A DNA stretch of 64,000 nt from Candidatus Nomurabacteria bacterium (GCA_028286645.1 JAQBRF010000004.1:91501-155500), one strand, 5' to 3'; shown: positions 35,573-45,293, numbered from the stretch's first letter. Notes: generated by a model not told the origin, from the letters alone. Made by a program: numbers and translations.

Positions 35573-38500
35573 ATGGAATTTATTAAAATATTTACCCAGT
35601 TAAATAAAAACAACGCACCTATTGCTGGAGGAAAAGGGGCCTCCTTGGGGGAAATGACTCAGGCGGGGATTCCGGTTCCGCCTGGATTTGTTATTTTATC
35701 TGAGACTTTTGATCATTTTTTATCGGAAACAGATTTAACGCAGGAAATTGAATTGATTTTAAAGAAAATAAATCATAATGAGATTCATGCTGTAGAGTCT
35801 GCCTCAGAAGAGATTCGGAATTTAATACTTCACAAAGATATTCCAGCAGATATTGAAGAAGGGATAATTAAATCGTTTAAAGAACTTAATGCTACCTACG
35901 TAGCAGTGAGATCATCTGCCACAGCAGAAGATGGAGCGGACCATGCTTGGGCAGGTCAACTAGAAACTTATTTAAATACTACAGAAGAAGACCTTCTTCG
36001 TAATGTAAAGCTTTGCTGGTCATCGCTTTTTACTCCGAGGGCCATTTTTTACAGATTTGAAAAGGAGCTAGATCAAACTAAAATTTCTGTAGCCGTAGTT
36101 ATACAAAAGATGGTGGAATCAGAGGTTTCAGGAATTGCCTTTTCAGTTCATCCTGTAACTGAAGATTATAACCAACTCATTATAGAAGCCGGATTTGGCT
36201 TAGGCGAAGCCATTGTGTCGGGGGCGGTTACTCCGGATTCATATATCGTGACAAAGAATTCACGGGAAATCGATATAAATGTATTTACGCAAAGCCGCGC
36301 ACTTTATAGATCTGTTAATAAAAATACGGAAGATGGAAATAACGAATGGAAGATAATCTCCGAGCCTCAGGCTTCATCTCAAGTACTTACAAATGATCAG
36401 ATTTTAGAACTTACTGAAATTATTATCACCATCGAGAATCATTACGGATTTCCATGTGATATCGAATGGGCGTACGAAAAAGGAAAGTTTTACATAGTCC
36501 AAAGCAGGCCCATCACAACTTTGAAAGGAAATATTGATTTATTAATAAAAACAAAAGAAGTTAATTTTAAAAAGGAGGATTATGTAATTACGTTTTGGGC
36601 ATCAGGCGTGAGTATTATATATACCGATATGGTTAAGGATATGTACCTACCGTATGATCCGCTGTTATGTATTTATGAAAATAAATATTATCAATATTTA
36701 TCGAAAACCGCTTATGACCAAGCAGGGAAAGATGGTATAGATTTATATGGCAATAAAGAAGCATATTATAAATATGAAGAAGATTTAAAAAAGGTAAGTC
36801 TTGATTTTAAGCGCTTTCGTGATAAGCGAATAAGTGAAACCTTTATCACTAAAGAAATACTTGAAGATTTTATAATGTATTCTAGCAAATTGCACCGAGG
36901 GTACAGTAAAATGGGATATGAGCATACCGACAAAGCTTTTTCTTTAGCAAATGAAAACCCTATAATTGCGGAGACCTTAAAAGAAGTTTCTATATTTAAG
37001 GACCAGATTAGAGCTGTAATAAATGAGATGTATTTTGAAAAAGGTTCATTGTTAGAGAATCTTTTAATACGATTAGAAAACCAGTTTCATGTTTCTTCTG
37101 GCGATTTATTAAATTATACTCAACAAGAATTACTCAATCTTTTTGATGGCAGCTTTGTCTCAAAGGAAGAGCTAGAAACTCGCGCCCTTGGTTTTGCTAT
37201 TCAGGGAATAGGCGGTGAAATTAAATTCTTTACAGGGAAAGTTGTAGAAAAAATAATTAACCAATTAGCTGAGCATATATTAGATAATAGAAATGAAATA
37301 AAAGGAATAATCGCGAATAAGGGTAAAGTATCTGGTCGAGTAAAAAAAATTAATGTTGATTATAGTGATTTTACGAAGCTAAATCAAGAAATCGAAAAGA
37401 TGAAAAATGGGGAAATTCTAGTGGCCGAAACCACTGCTCCTGAATTAATTATCGCTTGCCGAAAAGCTTCCGCTATAGTGACGGATCAAGGAGGCTTAAT
37501 GTCCCACGCCGCCATAATAAGCAGAGAATTTAATATTCCATGTATAGTTGGAACTAAATATGCTAGCCAGATTCTTCAGGATGGTGACGAAGTTGAAGTG
37601 GACGCAGATAAGGGAATAATAAAGATTTTAAAGAAAGCGGATCGAGAAAATTATCTCTTTTATTATGAATCACAGGGCTATTATTTTATTTTAGATGATC
37701 TTATTGTGGAATCATATATTGATTGGCCAATAGTTGAGATGCGAAGAGGAGACTGGAAACGGGTGTATATGACCGAAGAAGATATTCAAGAAAATTATCT
37801 TAAGGGACTTTCTTTTACAGAAAAAGAAATTAAGAAGAAAACCGATAATATACGACGACTGATTGAAAAAATAAGAAAAGTAAATTTTAATAATGCGCCA
37901 AAAGAAATAATTCTTAGTGGATTACAGATGATGGAAGATTTATTCGAATCATATAAATACCTTGATACCTCGTTTAGTGAGGGTTTATATGAGAAAAATA
38001 TCTCTGATCTTAGAGTGCTTATTATTGAACAATCTAAAAACCTTATACGAGATGATTTTGATTATATCTTTTTTAAGGACGGTGGAATATTGCGGCAATT
38101 ACTAACGGCTACAGCATTGCTCACTGGAACAAAAGCAGAAGATATAAGATGGTATCGCACTAAAGAGTTAAAAAGACTTATAAATGAACCTTATGAGATT
38201 TCTTCTTCTGAGATCCAAGCAAGATCTAAAGCTGCTGTCTTTGATAAAGACAGGAATGGAAATATAACTTTTTATTCGGGCCAAGAAGCAGAAGACTTTA
38301 TACAAAAGTTTGATAAAGAATTTGAAAAAGATAAGACTGAAGTGCTTAAGGGAACTGTTGCGTATGGAAATGGGGGTAAAATTAAAGGAATAGTTACTAT
38401 CATACATCGCGACTATTCGAATCTTTCAAAATTAGGTATTGATATGGAAAGGATGGCACCAGGTTCAATTTTAATAACAACCATTACAGACCCTGAATTC

Positions 38501-38689
38501 CTCCCTGCTATGAAGAAGGCCAGCGCAATAGTCACGGACATTGGAGGACTCTTGTCACACGCTGCTATTTCCGCAAGGGAACTCAAGGTTCCATGCATCG
38601 TAGGAACTCAGATTGCCACTAAGACTCTAAAAGATGGAGACGAAATTGAAATTGATATGAATACAGGAGCTATAAAATTCTTATCATGA
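35573..38689 (+). CDS. PEP-synthase/rifampin-phosphotransferase-like kinase: N-terminal PPDK_N ATP-grasp domain plus two PEP-utilizing phosphohistidine swivel domains, with no PEP/pyruvate TIM barrel
   Basis: N-terminus APIAGGKGASLGEM...PVPPGF, VAVRSSATAEDGADHAWAGQ, CDIEWAYEKGKFYIVQSRPIT. Swivel domains at about residues 620-700 (GGLMSHAAIISREFNIPCIVGT) and 960-1040 (GGLLSHAAISARELKVPCIVGT). The start is set at the MEFIKIF Met. Confidence 0.8.
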   Translation: MEFIKIFTQLNKNNAPIAGGKGASLGEMTQAGIPVPPGFVILSETFDHFLSETDLTQEIELILKKINHNEIHAVESASEEIRNLILHKDIPADIEEGIIKSFKELNATYVAVRSSATAEDGADHAWAGQLETYLNTTEEDLLRNVKLCWSSLFTPRAIFYRFEKELDQTKISVAVVIQKMVESEVSGIAFSVHPVTEDYNQLIIEAGFGLGEAIVSGAVTPDSYIVTKNSREIDINVFTQSRALYRSVNKNTEDGNNEWKIISEPQASSQVLTNDQILELTEIIITIENHYGFPCDIEWAYEKGKFYIVQSRPITTLKGNIDLLIKTKEVNFKKEDYVITFWASGVSIIYTDMVKDMYLPYDPLLCIYENKYYQYLSKTAYDQAGKDGIDLYGNKEAYYKYEEDLKKVSLDFKRFRDKRISETFITKEILEDFIMYSSKLHRGYSKMGYEHTDKAFSLANENPIIAETLKEVSIFKDQIRAVINEMYFEKGSLLENLLIRLENQFHVSSGDLLNYTQQELLNLFDGSFVSKEELETRALGFAIQGIGGEIKFFTGKVVEKIINQLAEHILDNRNEIKGIIANKGKVSGRVKKINVDYSDFTKLNQEIEKMKNGEILVAETTAPELIIACRKASAIVTDQGGLMSHAAIISREFNIPCIVGTKYASQILQDGDEVEVDADKGIIKILKKADRENYLFYYESQGYYFILDDLIVESYIDWPIVEMRRGDWKRVYMTEEDIQENYLKGLSFTEKEIKKKTDNIRRLIEKIRKVNFNNAPKEIILSGLQMMEDLFESYKYLDTSFSEGLYEKNISDLRVLIIEQSKNLIRDDFDYIFFKDGGILRQLLTATALLTGTKAEDIRWYRTKELKRLINEPYEISSSEIQARSKAAVFDKDRNGNITFYSGQEAEDFIQKFDKEFEKDKTEVLKGTVAYGNGGKIKGIVTIIHRDYSNLSKLGIDMERMAPGSILITTITDPEFLPAMKKASAIVTDIGGLLSHAAISARELKVPCIVGTQIATKTLKDGDEIEIDMNTGAIKFLS

Positions 38690-39798
38690 ATATATTAGAG
38701 TATATTAAATCTAATACCTATGAGCGTCTCGTCCGGTATCCACGGATTCCTGTTTTATATGCCGAAGCAATGAATGAGGGTTTACAAAATAATCCATATT
38801 TTGATCTTGCTGATTCTATTCCTAACCCCTCAATTATTGTTTATATTAATGATATTTATGAAGCGTGGATAAAAATATCAGGACGTGTTATTGTAAGCGA
38901 CCTTGAATCCATAAAAGAAATAGAAACAGCAAGCTTAAAGTGTATAGAAAGAAATCAATCTATTTTGGAGGATATCTTAAATTTAAAAGATGAATTATCT
39001 GACAAAGAGGTGATTATTGAAATGATTAAAAAAACAAATTCTGCGTCCTCAGATATATATAAGCATTTTATATTCTTTATAGATGAAAGTTTCAGAGTTT
39101 CTGATCAGGAAATAATCGAAAGCTTACAAAGTACTCGTCTGAAGTTAGACCTCCTAGTTACTGAATATTTATTTCCTGCCTTTGAAAGGTTAGTTAATGA
39201 ACTTGTTGAGGTTTATGATTTTCCTAAAGAAACAGTAGAAAAAATGACAACCTCTGAAATAATTGAATCTTTAAAAGATTATGATTATCTTATAAAACTT
39301 GAAAATATCAGTGCCCGACCTATATGTTTTTTGCTGGCAGACAATACCATTAAGGTCCTTTTCAGTAAAGAAGCAAAAGATGTGTGCTCTTATTTATATA
39401 AGCAAGACACAGATAAAAAAATATTTGATCAGGCTTTAGAAAGTAAAACCTTAAAAGGAAATATTGGTAACCAAGGAAAAGTTCGAGGGAAAGTTAGAAA
39501 GCTTTTAGCTAAGGATTTCTTCAATAAAGATAAACTTGCTAATCTATCTCAAGGAGATAAGTTTGTTTTGGTTACTTCTATGACGGCTCCTGAGCTTGTG
39601 CCTTATTTTAAAAATGCAATTGCGTTTGTAACTGACGAAGGTGGGATCACATGCCATGCGGCGATTATCGCTCGCGAATTAAATATTCCTTGTATTATAG
39701 GAACCAAGGTAGCTACAGAAGTTATAAATGACGGTGACGACGTGGAAGTGGATGCATATAAAGGGTTAGTAAAAATAATTAATAATTTAAATAGATAA
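38686..39798 (+). CDS. PEP-utilizing-enzyme mobile (phosphohistidine swivel) domain protein with an uncharacterised 250-aa N-terminal domain
   Basis: C-terminal LKGNIGNQGKVRGKV...GGITCHAAIIARELNIPCIIGT. Overlaps the upstream gene by 4 nt (ATGA). Confidence 0.7.
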   Translation: MNILEYIKSNTYERLVRYPRIPVLYAEAMNEGLQNNPYFDLADSIPNPSIIVYINDIYEAWIKISGRVIVSDLESIKEIETASLKCIERNQSILEDILNLKDELSDKEVIIEMIKKTNSASSDIYKHFIFFIDESFRVSDQEIIESLQSTRLKLDLLVTEYLFPAFERLVNELVEVYDFPKETVEKMTTSEIIESLKDYDYLIKLENISARPICFLLADNTIKVLFSKEAKDVCSYLYKQDTDKKIFDQALESKTLKGNIGNQGKVRGKVRKLLAKDFFNKDKLANLSQGDKFVLVTSMTAPELVPYFKNAIAFVTDEGGITCHAAIIARELNIPCIIGTKVATEVINDGDDVEVDAYKGLVKIINNLNR

Positions 39799-39800
39799 AC

Positions 39801-40832
39801 ATGTCAAATTTGCAAGAGTATAGATACATAATGAATCGCTCTTTATCACTTATTGCCTGTGAATTATGGGACAAAGGAGAAAGGCTAATGATGCCAGAAA
39901 AGCTAGCTCAAAAGATTTTCTTTGACCCTCTTTTTATTTACAGAATGAATAAGGCTGTAACAATCTATTATAATTTTACTGACCCGAAACAAAGTCTTAA
40001 TTCAGTCGCACAATACCTTAATGAAAATGAAAGTATTTTTGATGAATTAAAGGACCAATTTGATGTAGATTGCTATGAAATAAGACAAATGATAGATCGA
40101 AAAAAGCCTGAAGAATTTAATAATCTCTTCGAAAAAGTAATTTGTATTTGGCCATTAATTGCTATTAGCAATGTTTTAGGAGATGACAGGGATTATCTTC
40201 CAATTGTTAAAGAGAGTATGCGGGAAAAGTATTTGCTTATTAGGAAAGAAAGTGACGGTCTGTGGCAAAAAGGAGCCAAAATACTTCAAATACAAGCTGA
40301 ACATCTTATACCCCAGAAGTATTTACCATGGTCTGAGTTCCTTCTATCTAAGGAGGTTATTTCTAAAGAGTTGCCATCCATTACAGAACTAAAAAAAAGA
40401 AAAGATGGATATCTTTATCATAAGGGATCACTTTATGTAAATGAAACGACAGAGATCTATTTAAAAGATAACCAATATTTCCTTACCGAGAATGAAAAGC
40501 CTTCAGCGGAAGTTAAGATAATAAAAGGAATATCTGCCATGAAGGGAAAAGTAATAGGAAAAGTCAAAGTTATTTTTGAAAAGAAGGATATAAAAAAAAT
40601 TGAAAAGGGAGATATACTAGTCACTCCTATGACGTCTCCTAATTTAATAGAGGCCATGAATAGAGCTGCAGGATTTGTAACAGATGAAGGAGGTGTCACG
40701 TGTCATGCGGCGATTATCGCTCGCGAAATGGGAAAGCCTTGCATAATTGCGACAAAGATAGCAACCAAAGTGCTTAATGATGGAGATCTGGTTGAAGTGG
40801 ATGCAGATAGCGGAAGAGTTATAAAATTATAG
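39801..40832 (+). CDS. PEP-utilizing-enzyme mobile (phosphohistidine swivel) domain protein with an uncharacterised N-terminal domain
   Basis: C-terminal IKGISAMKGKVIGKV...GGVTCHAAIIAREMGKPCIIAT. Starts 2 nt after the upstream stop. Confidence 0.7.
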   Translation: MSNLQEYRYIMNRSLSLIACELWDKGERLMMPEKLAQKIFFDPLFIYRMNKAVTIYYNFTDPKQSLNSVAQYLNENESIFDELKDQFDVDCYEIRQMIDRKKPEEFNNLFEKVICIWPLIAISNVLGDDRDYLPIVKESMREKYLLIRKESDGLWQKGAKILQIQAEHLIPQKYLPWSEFLLSKEVISKELPSITELKKRKDGYLYHKGSLYVNETTEIYLKDNQYFLTENEKPSAEVKIIKGISAMKGKVIGKVKVIFEKKDIKKIEKGDILVTPMTSPNLIEAMNRAAGFVTDEGGVTCHAAIIAREMGKPCIIATKIATKVLNDGDLVEVDADSGRVIKL

Positions 40833-40865
40833 AATTAATATTTAAATATAAAGGAAAAGGGCTTA

Positions 40866-40894
40866 TTGACTTTCTGTACATAATATGGTATACT
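40866..40894 (+). promoter_or_regulatory. near-consensus promoter TTGACT-17-TATACT with a TG extension
   Basis: ttgactttctgtacataatatggtatact. A 38-nt leader with an AGGGAG SD precedes the ATG at 40933. Confidence 0.5.
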
Positions 40895-40932
40895 ATGTAT
40901 TGATCTAGTTACCCATAACAGGGAGTTGAAAC

Positions 40933-41514
40933 ATGGACCAAAATCGTGAAATCTGGCTTGCTCGCCACTTTCCTGCGGAAAACACAGGCGAGGTCGGCTG
41001 GCAGCAAAACGCCAAGCTTCGCCCGGAAGCAGAGAACATGGCCGAACGCGTGAAGGTGGCATATCTGCAATCGGTGTCGTTTGCTGCATTCGGCTGCTCC
41101 ATGATGGACCGGGCTCACGCGAGTCTCGGGCTCCTGTTTTTGGAGATAGGGAATGGCAACAAGGTGCCGGTGACTTGTCAGAGCCTCGGCCCGCTTAATC
41201 CCGACGAGTGGGGGTTTTTCGGACAACTGAAGACCGGAACCATCGAGGAAATACACGAGCATGCACCAGAAGGTCTGCTCGACCGCGAAGGTGTACGCGT
41301 TCTGGAGAGAGGCGTTATCATGTTCGCCGACGCCTGGCTTCAGCCCGGAGAGAAAGCTTTCCTCGTTTCCCATACGCCCTTTATAGAAGGTGCACTCGCC
41401 GCTCTCAAGGGTTACTGGGATCTCGAGTTCACGATGGGAAAAGGCGACATCCTCGTCTTCACCATTGGCGAACGCGGCGTCGAAAGCACTCGGCATCTGA
41501 TAGTTCCGAAGTAG
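40933..41514 (+). CDS. SixA-like histidine phosphatase family protein, GC-rich class
   Basis: IWLARHFPAE (RHG-like RHF) and FLVSHTPFIEGALAAL (VSHxP) resemble phosphohistidine phosphatase SixA. GC-rich with an SD. Confidence 0.45.
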   Translation: MDQNREIWLARHFPAENTGEVGWQQNAKLRPEAENMAERVKVAYLQSVSFAAFGCSMMDRAHASLGLLFLEIGNGNKVPVTCQSLGPLNPDEWGFFGQLKTGTIEEIHEHAPEGLLDREGVRVLERGVIMFADAWLQPGEKAFLVSHTPFIEGALAALKGYWDLEFTMGKGDILVFTIGERGVESTRHLIVPK

Positions 41515-41558
41515 CGTTCGTGCTCCTGTGGTATTTTAGCCGGCGGCTCTATGCGCCG

Positions 41559-41617
41559 GCTCTTTCTTTTTATATTATAGTTTGACTTACTAAAAATAAG
41601 ATGTAGTGTTTGGGTAA
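41559..41617. repeat. 59-bp direct repeat, copy 2
   Basis: gctctttctttttatattatagtttgacttactaaaaataagatgtagtgtttgggtaa. Preceded by a terminator hairpin (gccggcg...gcgccggc) whose sequence differs from the hairpin before copy 1 but whose structure is analogous. Confidence 0.8.
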
Positions 41618-41640
41618 ACTCATTCACCTGCGGGGCAGCT

Positions 41641-42153
41641 ATGAAAAGGACGGTAGAATCTGGGAAATTGCATTTGCCGGAGCTCGCGAAATATCTGCAA
41701 ATGTGCCGGCTCATGATGAAGCCTCGCCTTAACCAGCGAGAATTCTCACAAAAGATCGGCACTAGTGATCATGTGGTGATTGATCTGGAATGTGGCGTAA
41801 CCATGGACCCGAAGCGAGCCATTCTGGAAAAATGGGCCAAAGTGACTGGAGGCTCATACACCAGGATGGTTCAGATTCTGACCTTCGAGAAGTTCGGCAT
41901 TGCGGTGGTTCCTTCAACGTGCGGGAGTGTCTGGTCTTCGCAAATCCTTCAGATGGGGGGAGAGTTGGTAATGGTGACACTGCAGAAATGCGAACCGTTG
42001 CCTTTCCTCTTCTCGGCATCAAAGCAGGAAAGCGATAAGAAGTTCCAGTCTCGGAAACGAGCAACAAGGGATGAGATCGAAAGGTTCAAGGAAACTCCGC
42101 GTCCAACCATGTCTGTAGGGCGCGTTGTTTCCGGACGATCCACACGTGGCTAA
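41641..42153 (+). CDS. XRE-family helix-turn-helix protein, GC-rich class
   Basis: LNQREFSQKIGTSDHVVIDLECG Cro/C1-type HTH near the N-terminus. Its 5' region has a degenerate duplicate at 35376-35460. Confidence 0.5.
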   Translation: MKRTVESGKLHLPELAKYLQMCRLMMKPRLNQREFSQKIGTSDHVVIDLECGVTMDPKRAILEKWAKVTGGSYTRMVQILTFEKFGIAVVPSTCGSVWSSQILQMGGELVMVTLQKCEPLPFLFSASKQESDKKFQSRKRATRDEIERFKETPRPTMSVGRVVSGRSTRG

Positions 42154-42179
42154 TAAGCTTTCAAGAAAATGTATTCAAA

Positions 42180-42205
42180 GGCCTCCGAGGAGGGCCTTTT
42201 CTTTT
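42180..42205 (+). terminator. intrinsic terminator
   Basis: ggcctcc-gag-gagggcc followed by ttttcttttcc. Confidence 0.55.
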
Positions 42206-42207
42206 CC

Positions 42208-42237
42208 CTAGCAACTAATAACCATTAACTATAAACT
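42208..42237 (+). promoter_or_regulatory. promoter with shared element CTAGCAACTAATAACC (TAGCAA-17-TAAACT)
   Basis: 15/16 identical to the element at 45294-45309. The -10 box is 6 nt before the ATG at 42244. Confidence 0.45.
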
Positions 42238-42243
42238 ATCCCC

Positions 42244-42693
42244 ATGTATATTTTATTTGCATTCTTAGGCGCCATCATGGCTTCGCTCGGAACCATATTT
42301 GCGAAGATCGGATTAAAAGGAGTTGATGCAAATTTACTAACAGCAATCCGAGGAATTACTATGGCAGTTATTGTTTCTGTCGCAGCTCTGTCTTTTGGAA
42401 AGCTTTCAGTTGTATCGCTTGCGGCACTTACTCCTAAGCAATGGACCTTCGTGCTTCTCTCAGGTTTAGCCGGAGGATTGTCATGGCTTTTCTTTTATCA
42501 CGCATTAGCATTCGGTCCGATAGTTCCTGTGACAGTAATAGACAAATTTTCTATTGTTCTTGTGGCAATTTTGGCTACATTAATCCTTTCGGAAAAGATT
42601 ACTCTTCAAGCGGGCGTTGGGCTTATTATGATTACAATTGGAACAGTCTTAGTATCAATACCAATAGAAAAGATCATAAGTGTCTTTAAATAG
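42244..42693 (+). CDS. EamA/DMT-like small membrane transporter (4 TM)
   Basis: 149 aa with four hydrophobic helices and an EamA-like pattern (GLAGGLSWLFFYHALAFGP). Confidence 0.5.
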   Translation: MYILFAFLGAIMASLGTIFAKIGLKGVDANLLTAIRGITMAVIVSVAALSFGKLSVVSLAALTPKQWTFVLLSGLAGGLSWLFFYHALAFGPIVPVTVIDKFSIVLVAILATLILSEKITLQAGVGLIMITIGTVLVSIPIEKIISVFK

Positions 42694-42717
42694 ATGATTT
42701 TGTTATAATTTGATTCT

Positions 42718-44655
42718 ATGACGACAAACGAAATCCGTACGAAATTCTTGGAATATATGAAAGACAAGGGACATGCTATTGTCCCTTCAGCTTCTTTAGT
42801 TCCAGAAAACGATCCCACCACTTTATTTACTGGTTCGGGGATGCAGCCTATGCTTCGCTATTTCTTAGGTGAACAACACCCGTTGGGAAAGAGAGTTGCG
42901 GACTCGCAAAAGTGTTTCCGTTCACAAGATATAGAAGAAGTGGGAGATAATCGTCATACAACATTTTTCGAAATGTTGGGCAATTGGTCTTTCGGAGATT
43001 ATTTTAAAGAAGAACAGATCAAGTGGATGTGGGATTTTTTAATTGATGAATTAAATCTAAATCCTAAAAATTTCTATACTACATGTTTTAAAGGAAATAA
43101 TGCTCTGGGAATCCCAAGAGATACCTTCTCCGCCGACTTATGGCAGAAGCTGTTTGCGGAAAAAGGCCTAGATGTAACCATAGGAGAAAATCCTGAAGTT
43201 GATGGGATGAAAGAAGGACAGCATATTTTTTATTATGATGAAAGTAAAAATTGGTGGAGCCGTTCAGGAAAGCCGGGCGGTATGCCAGAGGGAGAGCCAG
43301 GAGGACCTGATACTGAAATGTTTTATGACTTTGATCCAGACCTTTCAAAGCAGATTCATGCTAAATCAAAATGGAGCAGCGAAGTTTGTCATGTGAATTG
43401 TGACTGCGGAAGATTTATGGAAATTGGGAACAATGTGTTTATGCAGTATAAAAAGACCGCTAATGGTTTCGCGGAGCTTCCACAAATGAATGTAGATCAC
43501 GGTTCAGGACTTGAACGATATGCCGCAGCGTTACGAAATGATCCAGATATGTTGGCAATTGATGTATTTGATGAACCTAGAAAAACAATTGAAGAGTTAT
43601 CGGGAAAAAATTATGGGGCAAACGAAGATGAAACTTATGCTTTTAGAGTTATCTTAGATCATCTTCGCGCGGCGACTTTCTTGATAGGAGATGGGATTCT
43701 TCCAGGAAACAAAGATCAGATGTATTATGTTAGACGCTTGATTCGTCGTGCCGTACGATTCGGAAATAAACTGGGTATAAATGAATCATTTACTAAGCGA
43801 GTCGCTGACTCATACATAGAAACATATAAAAAAGAATATAAAGTCTTAGAAGAAAAGAAAGATTTAATTCTTTCTGAAATGGAGAAAGAAGAAAGTAAAT
43901 TCCGATTAACTCTGGAAAAAGGAATAAAGGAGTTTGAAAAGATTGCAACGAAAGATATTTCCGGAATTGATGCATTTAACCTTCTTCAGTCTTACGGATT
44001 TCCAATCGAATTAACAGAAGAGCTAGCCGCCGAGCGCGGAATAAAAGTAGATCGCTCAAGTTTTGACGAAGCAAAGAAAAAGCATGCAGAAGAATCCCGT
44101 ACAGCTTCAGCTGGAAAGTTTAAAGGAGGATTGGGGGGCGATGGAGAAATAGAAACAAAGTATCATACGGCTACACATTTACTTCACGAAGCCTTGAGAC
44201 AGGTACTAGGCGAACACGTTCTCCAAAAAGGATCTAACATTACATCAGAACGACTACGCTTTGATTTCTCATTTGATAGGAAAATGACAGATGACGAAAA
44301 GAAAAAAGTGGAAGATATAATCAATGATGTTATCAAACAAGATCTGCCAGTACATAGAGAAGAAGTTACATATGAGGAAGCGAGAGAGCGAGGAGCTATA
44401 GGAGTGTTTGATGAAAAGTACGGAGAGAAAGTAAGTATTTATACAGTAGGAGAGCCCGGAAAGCGTGGTACTGCTAAATTATTCTCAATGGAGTTTTGTG
44501 GTGGGCCCCACGTGAATTCCACAGGCGAACTCGCCGTAGGTGGAATTCATCCACCTGACAGCAGTCAAGGGGATAAACCTTATAGACATTTTGTAATACA
44601 AAAAGAAGAGGCGGTATCTGCTGGGGTTAGAAGAATAAAAGCAGTATTAGAATAA
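42718..44655 (+). CDS. alaS: alanyl-tRNA synthetase, short form (catalytic + tRNA-recognition + editing core, no C-Ala domain)
   Basis: FTGSGMQPM, HTTFFEMLGNWSFGDYFK, the editing-domain HTATHLLH, and FCGGPHV motifs. 645 aa, against about 875 for canonical bacterial AlaRS. Confidence 0.88.
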   Translation: MTTNEIRTKFLEYMKDKGHAIVPSASLVPENDPTTLFTGSGMQPMLRYFLGEQHPLGKRVADSQKCFRSQDIEEVGDNRHTTFFEMLGNWSFGDYFKEEQIKWMWDFLIDELNLNPKNFYTTCFKGNNALGIPRDTFSADLWQKLFAEKGLDVTIGENPEVDGMKEGQHIFYYDESKNWWSRSGKPGGMPEGEPGGPDTEMFYDFDPDLSKQIHAKSKWSSEVCHVNCDCGRFMEIGNNVFMQYKKTANGFAELPQMNVDHGSGLERYAAALRNDPDMLAIDVFDEPRKTIEELSGKNYGANEDETYAFRVILDHLRAATFLIGDGILPGNKDQMYYVRRLIRRAVRFGNKLGINESFTKRVADSYIETYKKEYKVLEEKKDLILSEMEKEESKFRLTLEKGIKEFEKIATKDISGIDAFNLLQSYGFPIELTEELAAERGIKVDRSSFDEAKKKHAEESRTASAGKFKGGLGGDGEIETKYHTATHLLHEALRQVLGEHVLQKGSNITSERLRFDFSFDRKMTDDEKKKVEDIINDVIKQDLPVHREEVTYEEARERGAIGVFDEKYGEKVSIYTVGEPGKRGTAKLFSMEFCGGPHVNSTGELAVGGIHPPDSSQGDKPYRHFVIQKEEAVSAGVRRIKAVLE

Positions 44656-44735
44656 TATATCAGTAGAAATTACTTATATTTGGCGCCTGCCTTATTTCAT
44701 CGCATTAAATCTAATTTAGTGTAAACTAAATACAC

Positions 44736-45230
44736 ATGGACCTGGATTTCAAAAGAAGTCAGTCAGTAAAACGCTTTGGTATCAAGCTTGAGTTCAGTTA
44801 TTGGCTCTTAGCTATCGCTTTTACACTCTTTACATTTATCATCACCCTTAATCCGGCCTTGGTAAAAGCAGATCCTTATCTCTCGCTTCAATTGTCACTG
44901 TGTATTCCTCTTTATTTTAGTTCAATTTTTGCCCGGGCAAAGATAAGCCTCAATCCACAAAAAGTTCTTTTATGGGAGGAATATGGATTTATAGTTTTTA
45001 TGTTGGCATATGGTATGACTATAAATGTCATCGGTATTCTTTTAACAAATCTTGTTAGTCTCCATATCGGACTGTATTTCTGGGGCACAAACATTCTGGC
45101 TTCACTTATTTATACGGCAATGGAGGTGCATACCCACGAAGCTATATTAATGGCGAAATTACCTAAAGATATATATTTTATTTTGATTTTACTTATTCTC
45201 GGCATACTGCCATCTCTTGGTTTGTACTAA
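44736..45230 (+). CDS. hypothetical polytopic membrane protein
   Basis: 164 aa with four or five hydrophobic helices. Confidence 0.45.
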   Translation: MDLDFKRSQSVKRFGIKLEFSYWLLAIAFTLFTFIITLNPALVKADPYLSLQLSLCIPLYFSSIFARAKISLNPQKVLLWEEYGFIVFMLAYGMTINVIGILLTNLVSLHIGLYFWGTNILASLIYTAMEVHTHEAILMAKLPKDIYFILILLILGILPSLGLY

Positions 45231-45293
45231 ACTTCTATAATACTTTTAAATATATGAGAAGAATTTGTATAATGTGGTAATTTTTGTATTTCA

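Noticed and set aside
40909-41496. 195-aa minus-strand ORF antisense to the SixA-like gene (also 40835..41089 and 40905..41102)
   Set aside because: Typical of GC-rich segments, where stop codons are rare on both strands. The plus-strand gene has a promoter and an SD.
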